DNA from: Phaeosaccion multiseriatum
Taxonomy: Eukaryota; Protista; Ochrophyta, other classes
Direction: 5' to 3'
Assembly (NCBI GenBank): GCA_965112735.1
Contig: OZ218963.1
Location: forward strand, 1,612,001 to 1,676,000
Length of the DNA stretch: 64,000 bases
Under the pieces are notes generated by a model. The model was not told the origin of the DNA, ran no database searches, and saw only the letters and a list, made by a program, of their open reading frames with translations. A program made the position numbers and the translations under genes. Of the stretch, positions 1 through 13,589 are shown piece after piece (the first letter of the stretch is position 1; every line of letters begins with the position of its first letter).

Positions 1-180
1 CCCCACGTAAGATTCCTTCCCTCTCCAAATCGTTGTGTTTGAGCAAAGCAGAAACTTGTCGTCCTTTTAAACTTCTCACCTCGGCCTCTGTCTAGTCATC
101 ACGGGTCTGGCTCCGTTCCTCCACCTCCCTACCCTCCCTTTGTGCTTTCCCCTCGTGCGACGCCACGTATCGTCTCTCAG

Positions 181-2681
181 CGCCAAGCTTTACTGCGCAA
201 GATTGAGGACGCTCGAGCCCGTCTGAGCATTGTCAAGGGGGAACTCAACGTAAGAAAGGACCCGCTTAGCCTTACCACCTGGGGCCCGTGGTCGACAGTC
301 CGATTGAGGGAGCCTCTCTCCTCTTCCCCCCGCTCTCGATAGCGTACTCTAATCACCGTCCTTCGCCCTCCCCTCCTCCTCCAATCCCCCGCACTATCTC
401 CCCACCCCTCTCTCAGTTATGCCGAGTGAAGCTGGCTTCAAAAAGACGGCGCCTCATTGTCGCTCGAGGCGTATGGGATGAGTGGTGCGAAGCAGCAGAC
501 CTCACTTATCCCATCGAGGAGGACCAACACGAGCCCGCCCTGCACGCAACGCACAGCCTGAACGAGAGACCGGACTCACGTGCCCAGCAGCAGAAGAACA
601 CTGAGGAGGGTATAGAAGGGGGGGCGGTAATAGTACCCTCGTCATCTGTGGGGGGGGTAGTAGTAGTACCCTCGTCATCTGTGGGGGGGGTAGTAGTAGT
701 ACCCTCGTCTGTGGGGCTAGGGGGGAGGGACCTCCTGCGCCCAGTGCTGGGGCATCCGCTTGCAGCAAGGACCTTTGTGGCGTGTGCAGAGGAGTTCGTG
801 CAACAGGTAGGGGGTGGGGATTCCGGGTTTGTATTGCGTTGTAGACTTAGGTTATTGTGAGGCGTTTGGACAACTTCACCTTTCATCTTTGCTTTTGCTG
901 TATCGCACTGCTTCCTCGTTGTGAATTGCGTAAATCGGCGGGCAAAGAGAGTAGAGAAAGTGCCGGTGGAGGCACCAGCGTTATGGTGGAAGCTAACCTC
1001 TCTTGAACCGTGTCGGAGAGAGCTCTTCTACCTCTGTCACATCTCATCTGCGCTCGAAAATTTTCGCTCGCTCACTCTCTCGTACTCACACGCAACCCTG
1101 CTTCTCCCTCCCCGATACACATGCACCCACTCGTTCTGCTTCTTTCTCTGTCTTTGCTTTGCTACCTGTGTGTCTGTCCTTATCGTCTTTACTCTCTCTT
1201 CTCTTCTCTGATCTCTTTTCTCTGATCTCTCTTCTATGCTCTCACTTCCTCGCCCTCGCCCCTCTCCCTCTCCCTCTCCCTCTCCCTCTCTCCCTCTGCG
1301 GACGCCTGCAGAAACGACACGGCGGCGAAGAGAAGGGCACACTGTCACCCACTGTACAAGGCGTCTCGGGCGCGACCGTTACATCAGACAGACAGCAGGG
1401 AGAGGGCGAGGTGGGGGGGTCCTCTCCCACACCCCACGCACTGCTCGGCAAGCAAGCAAGGGGGGGGGAGGAGGAGGAGGGACAGAAGCAGGAGGAGGAG
1501 GGACAGCAGCAACAGGAGCAGGAGGAGGGAGAGGCCATTGAGCCCATCGAGCTGTGGAAGGCCATGTGTCGACTCTTCAGCGGCCATGGAGACGCAATGG
1601 TCATGCACATGGAGCACGGTAAGGCACGAGGGGATGGCAGTAGATGGGGTAAATCACTGAAGGGCGGGGCATGGGGAGGTGGATGGATACTTGGAGGAGC
1701 AAGTCGGATTTTTATGGGAGCCTAGAGACCGAGGAGAGAGTCGTCGTTAGTATACGTACACCCACACTTGCGCCACCTCCACCCCTGGTCACAGTCTCAG
1801 TATCATCCGCAGGCCATTCTCTTGTGCTTGCCTCCCACGCCCATCCACGCCTTCCCTCCTGGACCCCTCCCCTCCGTCACCCGTCGTCTTGTTCCATCGT
1901 CGGCTTCGGCAGATTCCGGAGTGTCGCCCTCTGCTGCCATCGAGTTCTGCCAAGACTGGCTGGGGCTCGGCCAGGAATGGTGCCTACCGTTCCTACCGGC
2001 AGACATTGGTGACACCGTTGAGAGCGCCATCTTCCGATACTCGGTCGGCAGCCTGAGGGAGGGAAATTGTCCACCGAAGGCCTTTGCATGCGTGGTGGCC
2101 AAGCTTACTCCGGTAGGTCAAATGTTGGGGGCGAGGAGAGGGGGTTGTGCTCAGCAGCCAGCCGGCCATCGAGCCTCGCCGTGGCCATGTACAGTATGTC
2201 AGTGACGATCCCCACAAAGGCATTGATCTGTGACGCCCCGTTCATTTTCTCTGCCCTCACCTCCCGCTCCTCCTCTCAACCCCCCCCCCTCATCTGGCCA
2301 CACCGCGCCTCACACCCCCCCCTCCCGCCACTGCTCTCCCGTGGGTCGGGACTGGCCCTCAACAGGTTCTCCGCTCTGAGTACTGGGATTGCTTCTTGCA
2401 CTCTCCTCACGCCCTCGGCCTTCTCACGCAACTCGTGCAGGTGTGTGTGTATGTATGCGTGTGTATATATATATATGCGCGTGTGTGTATGTATGCGTAT
2501 GTGTATGTATGCGTGTGTGTGTGCTGTGTGTATGCGTGTGTGTGTACGCTCGCGCGTGGGTACGTGTTTGTGGGGGTGATGATTTACACTGCAGCCCATG
2601 AAGGAATTTAATGATGATGGCGATGATGATGATGATGTTGATGGTGATAGTGATGATGATGATGATGATGATGATGACGAC

Positions 2682-2763
<82 letters not shown>

Positions 2764-5700
2764 TTGGCACCTTTCCTCTCCTACTTGCCTCCCTCCATCC
2801 AGGACGGGAACCTCCCTCCAGCCAAGGCCGCCCAGTTCTTGGCGCAGCTGACGGAGGGAGTGGTGGAGAAGACAGAGGACAAGCACGGGGTCGTGCGGCT
2901 GTTGGCACATGCGGACGACTGGGTGGACACGCTGCTGCTGCATCCCGGAGCCAGCTACAGGTATATAGGTGGGGCGAAGAGAGACACACAAACAAGAAGC
3001 AACACAGCGGTGGACATTCAGCGATACACTTGCTCGTGCGGTAGCAGCCCTCTCACTTGCGTGGTATGTCTCCCCCCTCTCCCCCCCCCCTACCCAACTA
3101 CCCAACCACCCCATTGGGTCAAAAAGGGTGCGCGTGGAGGTGGTGGAGCTGCTAGCCGCTCGTCTGCTCACAGAGACCACAGAGAACCTCCGAAACCTGC
3201 AGGCAGAGCTTGCTATCGTAGTACAGGGGGTGTACGAGTGTAGCGTGCCTCACGCCCAACGCGTGGTGAGAGGATGGTTGGCGCGCAGGGAGCTACCACG
3301 GCAGTGGGATGCCCTCTGGGACTTGGCTTTCTGTGCAGCCGCGGTGGACATTCAGCGGTTCTTTAGGGCCAAAAGCGCGGAAAGCGTGGTGCAAAAGCTT
3401 GCTGTGCACAAGGCCGCGGCGTATGTGAGTGTGGTGTGAGTGTGGTGTGAGCTTGCGTGGGAGGGAGGCGAGGGAGAAGGGGAGGAGAGGGAGGAAAGGG
3501 AGGAAAGGGAGGGGGGGGGGGAGAAGGGGGAGGGAGGGAGGGAGGGAGGGAGCGAGACTCAAGGCTCAATCGCAGTTGACGTTGAAGTTGAAGTCTTCTA
3601 TTACAGTGGTGTCGTTGCTTCTCCTCCCTTTTTTACCCCCTTCCTCTCTGCCTCCACCCTCCTCCTTTCGATCCAGGCGCTTCCCCTGCTTCAAGCGATG
3701 GTGCGTGGAGTGCTGGTCCGGCGACGCCGAGCGAAGAAAACGCTTGCCTACAAGGGCGTCAAAGTCGTGCATATTCAGCGACTTGTGAGGGGCTTTCTCG
3801 GTCGCAAACACGGAAAGAGACGCAGTCTGGAGGCTCGCTTCATGCGGAACACTTCGCTGTTCGAGTGGGCAGCAGGAGTCATACAGCGAGTAGCGAGAGG
3901 GTTCCTGGGTAGAAGGGTTCAAGTGGCGCACAAGATCGGGCTGGAACTGACAGAGGAGGTAAACAAAATGAATGGAGTGATGACCTCTCGGGGGCGGGAG
4001 AATAATAATGGTCGCTTGCCCTGAAGGGTCGAGGGTCAAGAGGCAGGGGCAAAGGCCGGGGAAGGGGGAGGTGCTGGAAAGAAGAGGCCAATCCGCTCCT
4101 TTCGGAGCGGTGTTGAAATGTCCTTCTGGGCGAATGAAGTTGATTGAGACTGCTTGCCATCGTTGTAGTTAACTCGCCTCGATTTCATAGAGCCCTGGTA
4201 ATCTGCTTGAGCGAACCGCTCTTGCGCTTCAACCCTCGGGCTTCCATTCGAGTCTGTGTGCCTTCCCTCTGCCAATACCCACTGGTTTGACTGACCGACT
4301 GACTGACTGACTGACTGACTGACTGACCGACCGACTGACCTGCATGCACTTCGTTGATGCGTTGCCCTTTGCTGTGTGTATATGTGTGTGTGTGTGTGTG
4401 TTTGCGTGCTTGGGTGGGTGTGGATGTGGGTATGCGCGCGTGTGTGTGCGTATGTGTGTGTGCGTGTGCGTGCGTGTGTGTGCGTGTGTGTGGCAGATGA
4501 GTAAATTGGCCGACGAGTACTTGCAGCGGGGAGACATGTGGGGCTTCCTGCAGCGAGTGGACATGGACCGGCGTCGTCTGCAGCACGCCATTCAGGACAT
4601 GGAGCAGAGGGAGGGAGACCTCGCCGACACATACCTGCAGAAGGTGTGCAGTGGAGCGAGGGGGGGGGAGAGAAGAGGGGCGGGGCTTGCTTCTTTCTCT
4701 CGTTCTTCTCTTGCAAACATGTCTCTCCCAGTGTGCCTGTGCTGTGATTGAGATTGAATTCATTCATTGGCAGGGAAGCACGTGCTTCCTACGGGGTGGA
4801 GAGAGAGGGTGCGCTTCCATCCCACATGTTAATATCCCCACGCGTGAGTTAACCCCCACGTTAACGCCACCTCTCTCGTCAGGTCGTCCTGGCTCGCGAG
4901 CAGCAGCTGGAGAGGGCGTGGAACTCTTTCCACGCCCAAGCCAAGCCAAAGGTTGGAGGCTCTGTAGCTGCTGGAGCGGGCAAGAGTCCGGTACCCACCT
5001 CGCATCGGCTGCCTGCACAGCTTGAGCTGCCCCCGTCACAGAGGTTAGAATATATATAGACATATGTGTGTATATACACATATGTATATATATATGTATG
5101 TGTGTGTTTGTATGTATATGTGTGTGTGTTTTGTTTGTGTGTGCTTTTTCGTTCCCGTTCTCCTTCCCTTGTCTTCGCCCCTAGACAGGTATAATCTGTA
5201 TCCGCAGTAGGGTGCCTCTCTCTCGATAGACTTCTACGCCTGCCCACCTCCCTCCCTCCCTCCCTCCCCTCCTCCCCATGTATACCCATCCCTCTGCTTC
5301 CACCCTGTTGGCTTGCACGTACACCCAACCGTGCAGACCACACGCGTCACTGCCACTTCCCAGCGCACATCTCCGCGCGGCCGCCCCCTACGCGCTTCCT
5401 TCGTACGTGTCCCCCACCCTCGGCCCTGGTGCCTCCACACACAGCGTCTCGTGGGGGGGACCCACACATGACGTTGGTGCACCGATACGAGCCCTCCCAA
5501 GGGCAGCAGGCCAGGAGAGGGACGAGAGGGACGCATCGGACAAGGATGGTGGCGGTTCAGGGAAGAAGGGTCGGAGAACGACGGCGACGAGACTGGTGCA
5601 TAGGCCTGGGCCAACAATCAAGTCGACCGCTGCTGCAAGTAGCGCAAGCAGTGGTGGAGATGGAGGTGGGAAGCGTCGCAGGGTTGCCAACGTACCCGGG

Positions 5701-6784
5701 GGGTGGACGGTTCACGCGCCGGGCACCTCAGCGCTTAGGTGAGTGCGTGCGTGCAGAGGGGTGGATGACTTTAGGTGACGAAGTGCGTTGTATACGGGCG
5801 TTTGTGCGTGTGTGCGCATGTTCGGGTGTGCGTGCGTGTGTGTGTATGTGTAAGTGTGCGTGTGTGTGTGTGCGTGTGCGCGTGTGTGCGTGCACTGACC
5901 AAAGGTCCGCTCCCCCCTCCCTGAGCCTCCGCTTACCCGCTTGGTCTCTTGCCCGCCTGCTCGCACCCTTCTTGTTGTGTGCCCAACGTGCGCTCTTCAA
6001 ACAGAGACGTGCCCCTAGGTCTGGACGACACCTGTCAGCACCTGCTTGAGGCAGCTTTCCTGCGAAGCCATTGCCCTAGCGGCATGAGGAGGAGCAGAAG
6101 CATGCAGACTGGGAAAGGAGAAGGTGAAGGAGGACGAGGAGGAGGAGGCGCGGAGGTGGACGGTGCTGGCGATGATGAGCCCTTCCGACGCTTTCTCGCC
6201 CTGCCCCCGAGCTTGGCCAAAGTGAAGCACGAGCAGGTGAGCCCTAGGGAGGGGGGGGCGGGCCGGGCGTGGATGGGGTACTTACTGCGCATGGTAGTGA
6301 ATGGAGGCCTCTTGGCAGAACAACGACAAGCGGGTCGTTGAGGAGTGTGTGCGAGAAGTGCGGTCAAGGACTTCCCAGCTTCGCTTCTTTGCGCTTGCGC
6401 TGCTTAGTTCTGCAGTCTTCTTTGTTCCTCTCCCCTGTGCTGCGTGTCTTGCCCCTCTGAGCGCTGTTTCCCATTGCTGCTGATGTATCACCAACTGCCG
6501 CTGCTTCTGCTGTACTGCTGCTTCACCGCGACAGGAGTGCAAGGCGGCTGCCCGCTTGGCTGTCAAGAAGCTTTCCCGCCAGGGCTTCACCATGATCAAG
6601 CACCTCCTGCCGCCCTCAAAACTCGCACACGTCCTCGCCGCTCTCCCCAGAGACGCCATGCCCAAGGAGGCTCGACTCGCCTGCTCTGTAAGTGTATGAA
6701 GTCAGTGAAGTCAGTCGTGAATGTGCTGTGCAGCCGCGACATCTCAAAGCAAGGAGTGCATCCCCTCGATGATGCCTCTGCGTT

Positions 6785-6842
<58 letters not shown>

Positions 6843-9800
6843 TGGACGTGTGTGTGCGCGCGCGCGTGTATATGTGTGAGTATTGATGTGTGTGTTTGAG
6901 CGTGTGTGTATGTGTGTGTGCGCGCGTGTGTGTGTGCGTGCGTGTCTTCGTGTTCTGCGCGCAGATGCTCTGTATCTGCTTGCCGGCCATCGTCGGCCAT
7001 TCTTGCAATTGCCGGCCACACCCTTTCTTTCTTTTTCGTCTTCATCTCCCGGGGATTTTCGTGTTCCATCTTGTCTCGCTTCCCTTGATTTGCCCCATCT
7101 TTCCCAACCCACTGGCTTATTTACAAGTTGGTCATCCTCCCTTCCCCCCGTCACCCCTCTCCACCTGCCTCACACCCCGCCCCCCATATGCCTCCAACCA
7201 TCCTCCCTCTCATGCCCCTTTGCCTCTCTCCCATGCGCCCCACATGCCTCCATCCATGTCCCGTACGCCTCCATCCATGTCCCATATGCCTCCCTCACAC
7301 GCCACCCGTATGCCTTCATCCATGTCCCATACGCCTCCACCCATGCCTAGCGCCTCGTAGCGGAGCTTAAGCACGTCCCCTCACTCACGGGGAGAATCTC
7401 GGCGGGAATTCAGGCCAAGTATGCGGCCCTTTCTGCCGTATCACCAACTGCTCATGGTCACATTGGGGGTCCTTCCTTCGACAAAGATGCTGCACCCCAT
7501 ACACCCACGTGCTCGGTGGTGAGGCACCTCCACTCTGCAAGCCGTCGAGAGGACCTTCTCTCCCAAGGGGGTGGGGACGGGGTATATACGGAGGAGATGC
7601 GGGAGAGAGTGTTGGCGGCGTCGGGAGGCGTGTACGACCCTCGTGTGTTTTTGAAGGGTGGGGAAGTGGCATTCAAGCCGCCCAAGACCAGAGCTCCGAA
7701 GCGAAAGGACAAGGCCACCGGAGCTGTGCAGCCCAAGATTATGTATGAGTTCGACTCTCTTTATCGCCGCCACTTTCCAGCAATTCCGTCGCCGGAGAAA
7801 TTGCACCAGCATCAGCAGCAGGAGTTGGTGATACAGCAGTATGGTCCAGCTGCCCTCGACACAGACTATCAGTTGTCCTCGGCGGAAGTAGGAGCAGGAG
7901 GAGAAGGAGGAGGAGAACAAGAAGCAGAAGGAGAAAAAGAAGAAGCAGAAGCAGAAGTAGGGGTAATATCCTCGCAGCGGCAGCAGCTGACCCTGACTCT
8001 CGAGCAGGCCCTGTGTGCGGAGAGGGCAGGGGAGGACATGTTCCTCTACTCATTGTCGCAGAGTGCCCGAGCGCTGTTTAAGTCTCTGTGGGAAGATGTG
8101 CAGGGTCTTGCCGGTGTGGATGGCCCCATCGACGAGTTGCTCCGACGGGCAGCCTTCTTGGTGGAGCCCTTTCCCTCGCCGCCTACTCGGCTAGAGCTCA
8201 AGGAGATTGAGCAGCAGGAGCGACGGAGCAAAGGATACCACACCGTTTCCCTGGCGGCCGACGAAGCCAAGACGGATAAGGGGACGGGCAGCTGTACCCT
8301 TTGGCCTGGAGTGAAGCGCTCCTCGCTTCTAAAACCAGCTTCCCTGCGGCGGCCGGTGACGGAGCGGCAGCGTTTCGGCCCCACCCCTGCGGTCAGGGAT
8401 GCCATTGATGCCGCGCTCGGGGAAGAGGAGCCCTGCTACGACATCGACGCGTTGAGGGCCTTCGTGGTGCAGCTGGATGCGCTCCACCAGCAGCAGTTGG
8501 TGATACAGCAGCAGCAACAACAGCATCAGCAGCAGCAGCAGCAGGAGGAGGAGGAGCAGCAGGGAGAGCAGGAGCAGGGGAGGCGTCACCCCCATGCCAA
8601 GAAGCGCCCCAGGAAGGGCGAGGACCCGTGCAAGCAACTGCTCAGGAGGAGGCTGGAGGCGTCGGCCGAGCGAGTGGCACCCTTCCTTGTCAGACTAAGG
8701 TGTGCCCCCCACCCTGCCTGCCTCAGATCCCTGGGCGGTCGTGCGTGCGTGCGAATTGAACCCATTCAATTCCACCGGCAATCGTCTTAGTTTTTCGTGT
8801 GGACACCACCCACACATGGCCCCCAACCACTTCCTTGATGCGCCTCACTCGTCGGCCCCTCTTCCCCCCCCTTTCATCACGGAACATACTCAACACATTC
8901 GTTCGTGCACTCCCATCCCCTCCCTCCAGGGCCGATGGAGTCACAACTGGACGAATCCTCGCCCGAGCCCCCTTGGAGCAGTGGGGCCTCCCCACGGCGT
9001 TGGTGGAGCAGCTCCAGCGCCTCACGTCCCTCGTCATTGCCTCCAAGTGCGCTATAGACGGAGGTATGTCCACGTCCCTGCTTGACAGCCCCGAGAACGC
9101 CTTGCGGCTGCGGCGTGGTTTGCAGGTGGTACAACCTTTCGACCCTCGGTTCCAGCGCTCGGCAACTGATCCGTGGGGCAGGCCTCCGCGAGTCGACCCT
9201 CTGCTTCCGCTACCGAAGCCGGCACAGCCGTCACAGAAAACAGCACCAGACCCCTCATGCTCCAGCAGGCCGGGCAGGCGACCCGACGCGGAGGGTCGAA
9301 CAAGAGCCAAGCTAGCCAGGCCCAGGCCGAGGCCGAGTGCTGATGCGGCGATGGGAGGGCATCGGGAGGAGAACACGGCGAGGCAACAGCAGCATCAGCA
9401 GCAGCAGCATCAGCAGCAGCAGCAGCAGCATGGGAGGGGGAGAGGAGCTCAGAGTGACGCCGAAAGGGCCCAACGCGCAAAGAAGGAGAAGGACGAGCAC
9501 GACCATGACGAGGACGATGACGATGACGATGACCTACCACCGGGCCTGTGGGAGGAGAGGTCCGCGGTGGACGACGGGAGTAGAGAGTGTGACAACATAC
9601 GCACCTCTCTTCGTGGACCATGTGGTGCAGGGGTGGTGAGAAGCAGCCGTAGCTCTTGTTGGCACTCCTCCCCCTCGTCAGGGAAGAAAAACGTTGTTTC
9701 AGAAAACGCGATGATACCACCCATGACGTGGGACTCGCTGCCGCTTCCCGCAAGCTTTCAGGGCAATGAAGACACTCTGCGGTCCATGGTTTTGATACGA

Positions 9801-10261
9801 TCAGCAAGTCACAGTCATGACCCGCACAAGGGCCGCCAGCAGCAGCAACAGTTGGTGATACAGCAGAGGCAGATGAGAGGGAGGGGGAGGGATGCCAAGA
9901 GGAGGAGGCATATGGGCATGGGAGGAGGCGCCAAGTTGCCAAGCAAAGACGGGGATGGGCAGTTCGCCTGTTCACGCCGGGGTTGCCGAGAGCGCTTCTC
10001 GCGCCTTTTGACGCTGAAACTACACGAACGCACGCACGACTTGTTTCCCGTGTATCACCAGGTGAGAGAGAGGGCGAAGGGGAGGCGAGGGGAGGGGGCG
10101 TTGCGTGAAGCACGCAGACGCCTTTTTCGAACGGAAGCTTTAGACCGCTCCACCCTCCCTCCTCGCCCTTGGTTGGGCGTTGTATCTCCCGCTTCTTTTC
10201 CTTTCGTCTCCTCGCCCATCTCTAAACCCGAACCCTTCACAACAACCTCCTCCTCCTCCTC

Positions 10262-10331
<70 letters not shown>

Positions 10332-10360
10332 TACTACTACTACTACTGCTGCTGCTGCTA

Positions 10361-10398
<38 letters not shown>

Positions 10399-13149
10399 AC
10401 TACTACTATTGCTGCTGCTGCTGCTGCTCCTCGTGCTCCTCCTCCTCAATGTCGTTCGTCTCGTTCTTCTCTGATGCCTCGACAGCACAAGCACCGCCCC
10501 CAAATCTTTGTGGACCCGCCTCCCTCCCTGGCAGAGCGCCAGCCCGGAGGCTTGGTGGCAGAGCGCCTTCGAGCCCGTACAGAGCTACCCAAGGACGTAC
10601 AGCTCGACCTCATCGCTGCTCGGACGGGGGTGGGTCTGCGTATGCCTGGCACAGCAGTTGGTGGTACAGGCTCGAGCACTACAAGTGGCAATGCTCGTGA
10701 CGCTGAGGAGGTTCTCTCTCACGACCGTCGGCCAGAAGACAGGCGGCGGCAGGAGCAGGAGCAGCAGGAGCTGCAGGAGCAGCAGAAGCAGCAGGAGAAT
10801 CAGGAGCAGCAGGAGCAGCAGGAGCAGCAGGAGCAGCAGGAGCAGCAGGAGGAGGAGCAAGGGGAGAAATGCGAGACCGTAGCGCCACCACTTCCTCTCC
10901 TCACCTCGATGGTGACAGGCGGGGGAGAAGAAGGAGGAGACTTGTCGTGTGCGACAGACGAAGCATCCGAGACGTTGGAACGTGCGACGGAGAAGCAAGC
11001 AGTTGGGCCCCCCAAAGAGGGGCAGCAGATCACGCCCATGCACGATGAAGCGGGGAGGACAGAGGAAAAGGTAGAAGCTCGAGAGCCCGCGAGGAGAGGA
11101 GCGCATGTTGTGGCTGGTGAGGAGGAGGTCACTCGGTGGGCGTCCACCGTCCTCGCCACACTGACACTGACGGCCGTTACCGTGACATCGACTGCCATCT
11201 TTGCCGCAGCGACGAAGGTCGAAGCTGCGCTGCTTGCCACAGCCGCAGCCCCTGCACAGTCTGGCGTATGTAGCACCAACGGTAAAAGCAGCAGGAGGAG
11301 CAGCAGTAGCAGCAGCTGGAGCAGCGGCCATCGCGGTGACGAGGGCGCCATTGCGAAGGAAGGAAGGCCAAAGAGTGGGAGGGTGTCTGTGCTTGCTGGG
11401 GGGAAACAAAACGAGGATGGGCGGGACGAGTGTCTTAGCGACAGAGCGCGCTTGAAAAGACACGTCAGTCGTAGTCGAAGCACAAGCAGCAGCGCAGTGT
11501 TGTCGCTTAGTCCCGACGGCCTGGCATTGGGTTGGTGGATCAGCGAGACGGCTGGAGCGTCTCCTTCCCTCGAGGTGGAGAAGCTACCCGGAGATGCACA
11601 GGCACCAGCAGCAGCAGCAGGAGGAGGAGGAGGAGGAGCTCGACCCCCTTGCGGAGGAGAGAGGGGATTCATCCTCCAGCTGCAATTGCCATCGCACTAC
11701 AAGGAGACATTCGAGGCTGCGGAACGACGGGCCATGAAAGAGCTTGCTTCACGAAGGAGACACAGCGGGGGAGGTAATGGTGGTGGTGATGGTGATGGTG
11801 CCCACCGGGGTAGGAACCATGAGTATGCACGTGGTGACGGAGGGGAGGATGCGGAAGGTATGGAATTCTTCGCGCCCCTGCCTCATGCGCTTCTACAGAG
11901 CCTGTTGGCGGGTGCGGCATGGAGAGAGGTGCCACCTTTGCCGCCAGCTCCTCTTTTAGAAGGGGGTGAGTCGGAGCCGGAACTGCTCGCCGAGACGGGC
12001 GAAGAGGAGTCTGTTGCAAAGAGGGGTGTTGCAGAGACTTTCGGCCCCACTGATCAGCTCCGGCAGCAGGAGCAGCAGTTGGACCAGGAGGAGGCGCAGG
12101 AGCAGCGGCAGGACCAGGAGGAGGAACAGGAGCAGCAGCAGCAGCAGCAGCAGGAGGAGGAGGACGAGGAGCCGCAGCATGAGCAGCGAGAGCAAGAGGA
12201 GGAGCAACTGCAGCAGCAGCAGGAGGAGGAGGAGGAGGAGGAGGGGGGCGATCGAACAAGAAGGAACTCATCGCTGTCCTTTAAATGGGGTGACGTACTC
12301 GAGCTGGGAGGAGTGGCAGAGAGTAACAGCAGGAGCAGTAGTAGCAGGAACAGTAGCAGAAGCAGCAGCAGAAGTGGTAGCAGAAGCAGCAGCAGAAGCA
12401 GCAGGAGCATCGAGAGTTGGAGCAGTAGCGGCGACTCTGACACGTCTTCCTTTTGGTCTGGTACCGTCCCCTCAGAGGATAGGTCCAGCAGGAGAGATAG
12501 CGACACCACTGGGACTAGCAGTACAAGGAAAGGCTTCAACAGCAGCAGAAGTGCCAGCAGCTGCACCACTACCACGAGCAGGAGCAGCGGCAGCAACAGC
12601 ACGAGAAGCATGAGTGGCCGCGATAGCGACGACAGCGACGGCTTCTCTGTACACTGGCCAGGGGACGTGAGAAGCGACGGAGGCGACTGGCGAGAGGAGG
12701 GTGGAGGTCTGAACACGGAGGGTGGGGATGGCGATGGCTGTGGGGAAGAAGGGGTGGAGAAGCACGTTTCAGAACTGGAAAGGGTGAGGACGAAGAAGAA
12801 CAAGAACGAAAACAGCACCATCAAGAAGCAACCGAAGAGGAAGAAGAAGAGGAAGAAGAAGAGGACGTCCTATGTCGTAGACATCCATTTACCGGAGGAC
12901 TTCGCCTCGACGGGGTTTCGGTCAACATCAGCAGTTGGTGACACGGCAGCAGTATCACCATCAGAGGGGACAGAGCAAGTGGACAGAGGGCGAGGTTGGG
13001 AGTGCGAATCGAAGCGAAAAAAGGAATCCTATATCGTAGACATCCAGTTACCTGAGGACTTCGCCACGATGGGGTTTAAGTCAACAGCAGCAGTTGGTGA
13101 TACCGCAGCAGCAGTATCGGCATCAAAAAAGGGCGGGCGAAGAGAATAG
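181..13149 (+). CDS. Large multi-exon hypothetical protein with IQ calmodulin-binding motifs, one C2H2 zinc finger and a low-complexity C-terminus (5' end probably outside the window; may be two genes)
   Basis: Phase-consistent GT-AG exons include 3127-3424, 3677-3958, 4497-4643, ~8929-10060 and 10486-13149. IQ-like motifs: AQRVVRGWLARR, IQRFFRAK, LQAMVRGVLVRR, IQRLVRGFLGRK, IQRVARGFLGRR. C2H2 motif FACSRRGCRERFSRLLTLKLHERTH at ~9963-10037. Not all exon joins were verified. Confidence 0.55.
627..715. repeat. 33-bp tandem repeat, about 2.7 copies
   Basis: Unit gtagtagtagtaccctcgtcatctgtggggggg is repeated. Confidence 0.85.
2611..2763. repeat. (GAT)n microsatellite, intronic
   Basis: Directly visible; lies upstream of the acceptor at ~2802. 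Confidence 0.95.
6786..6835. repeat. (GT)n microsatellite; one of several GT-rich intronic tracts (also ~2440-2570, 4375-4490, 5800-5890)
   Basis: Directly visible. Confidence 0.9.
7225..7345. repeat. About 21-bp minisatellite (cctccatccatgtcccatatg-like)
   Basis: Four to five degenerate tandem units. Confidence 0.7.
10263..10428. repeat. Compound (TAC)n/(TGC)n microsatellite in intron 10061-10485
   Basis: Directly visible, between donor CAG|gtgaga (10060) and acceptor gacag|CAC (10486). Confidence 0.9.
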
Positions 13150-13589
13150 AGCGAATGGACGGAGAGGGCGGGGATGGGAGGGCTAAAGCAAAAAAGAGGC
13201 GAATAAAAGAAGGCATGTAGGGAAAGAGAGAGGGGGAGAGAGAGAGCACAAACAGAGCCAAAGGCGGCGCAGATGGTGATGAACCCCTACCCCATGAACA
13301 AGCAAGTACTCAGGGAGAGAGAAAGGCCTTTGTCCAATTTCCTTCAAATCTTACAGCAAGCAAGTTGTGATGCAGCAAGCAAGCGTGCAAGCAGAAGCAA
13401 GTAAGCAAAGCCCCCCCCCCCCCTCCTCCTCCTCGACGCTGAAAGAGATTTGTGAAAAACGGCAGTGATTTGAATTGAGGCCTACTTTCTTGTTTGTACG
13501 ATGTTGTATATACTCCATTTGTGTGGGCCTGACAGTAAGACGGGCGCACACATCGGAATGCTCAAAACTCGCCCAACTTGGGCCGCAAC

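Noticed and set aside
2598-3243. Poly-Asp, poly-Met and poly-His ORFs (likewise poly-Tyr at ~10263, GREG at 28128 and 44547, poly-Glu at 51670)
   Set aside because: These are translations of intronic or intergenic microsatellites.
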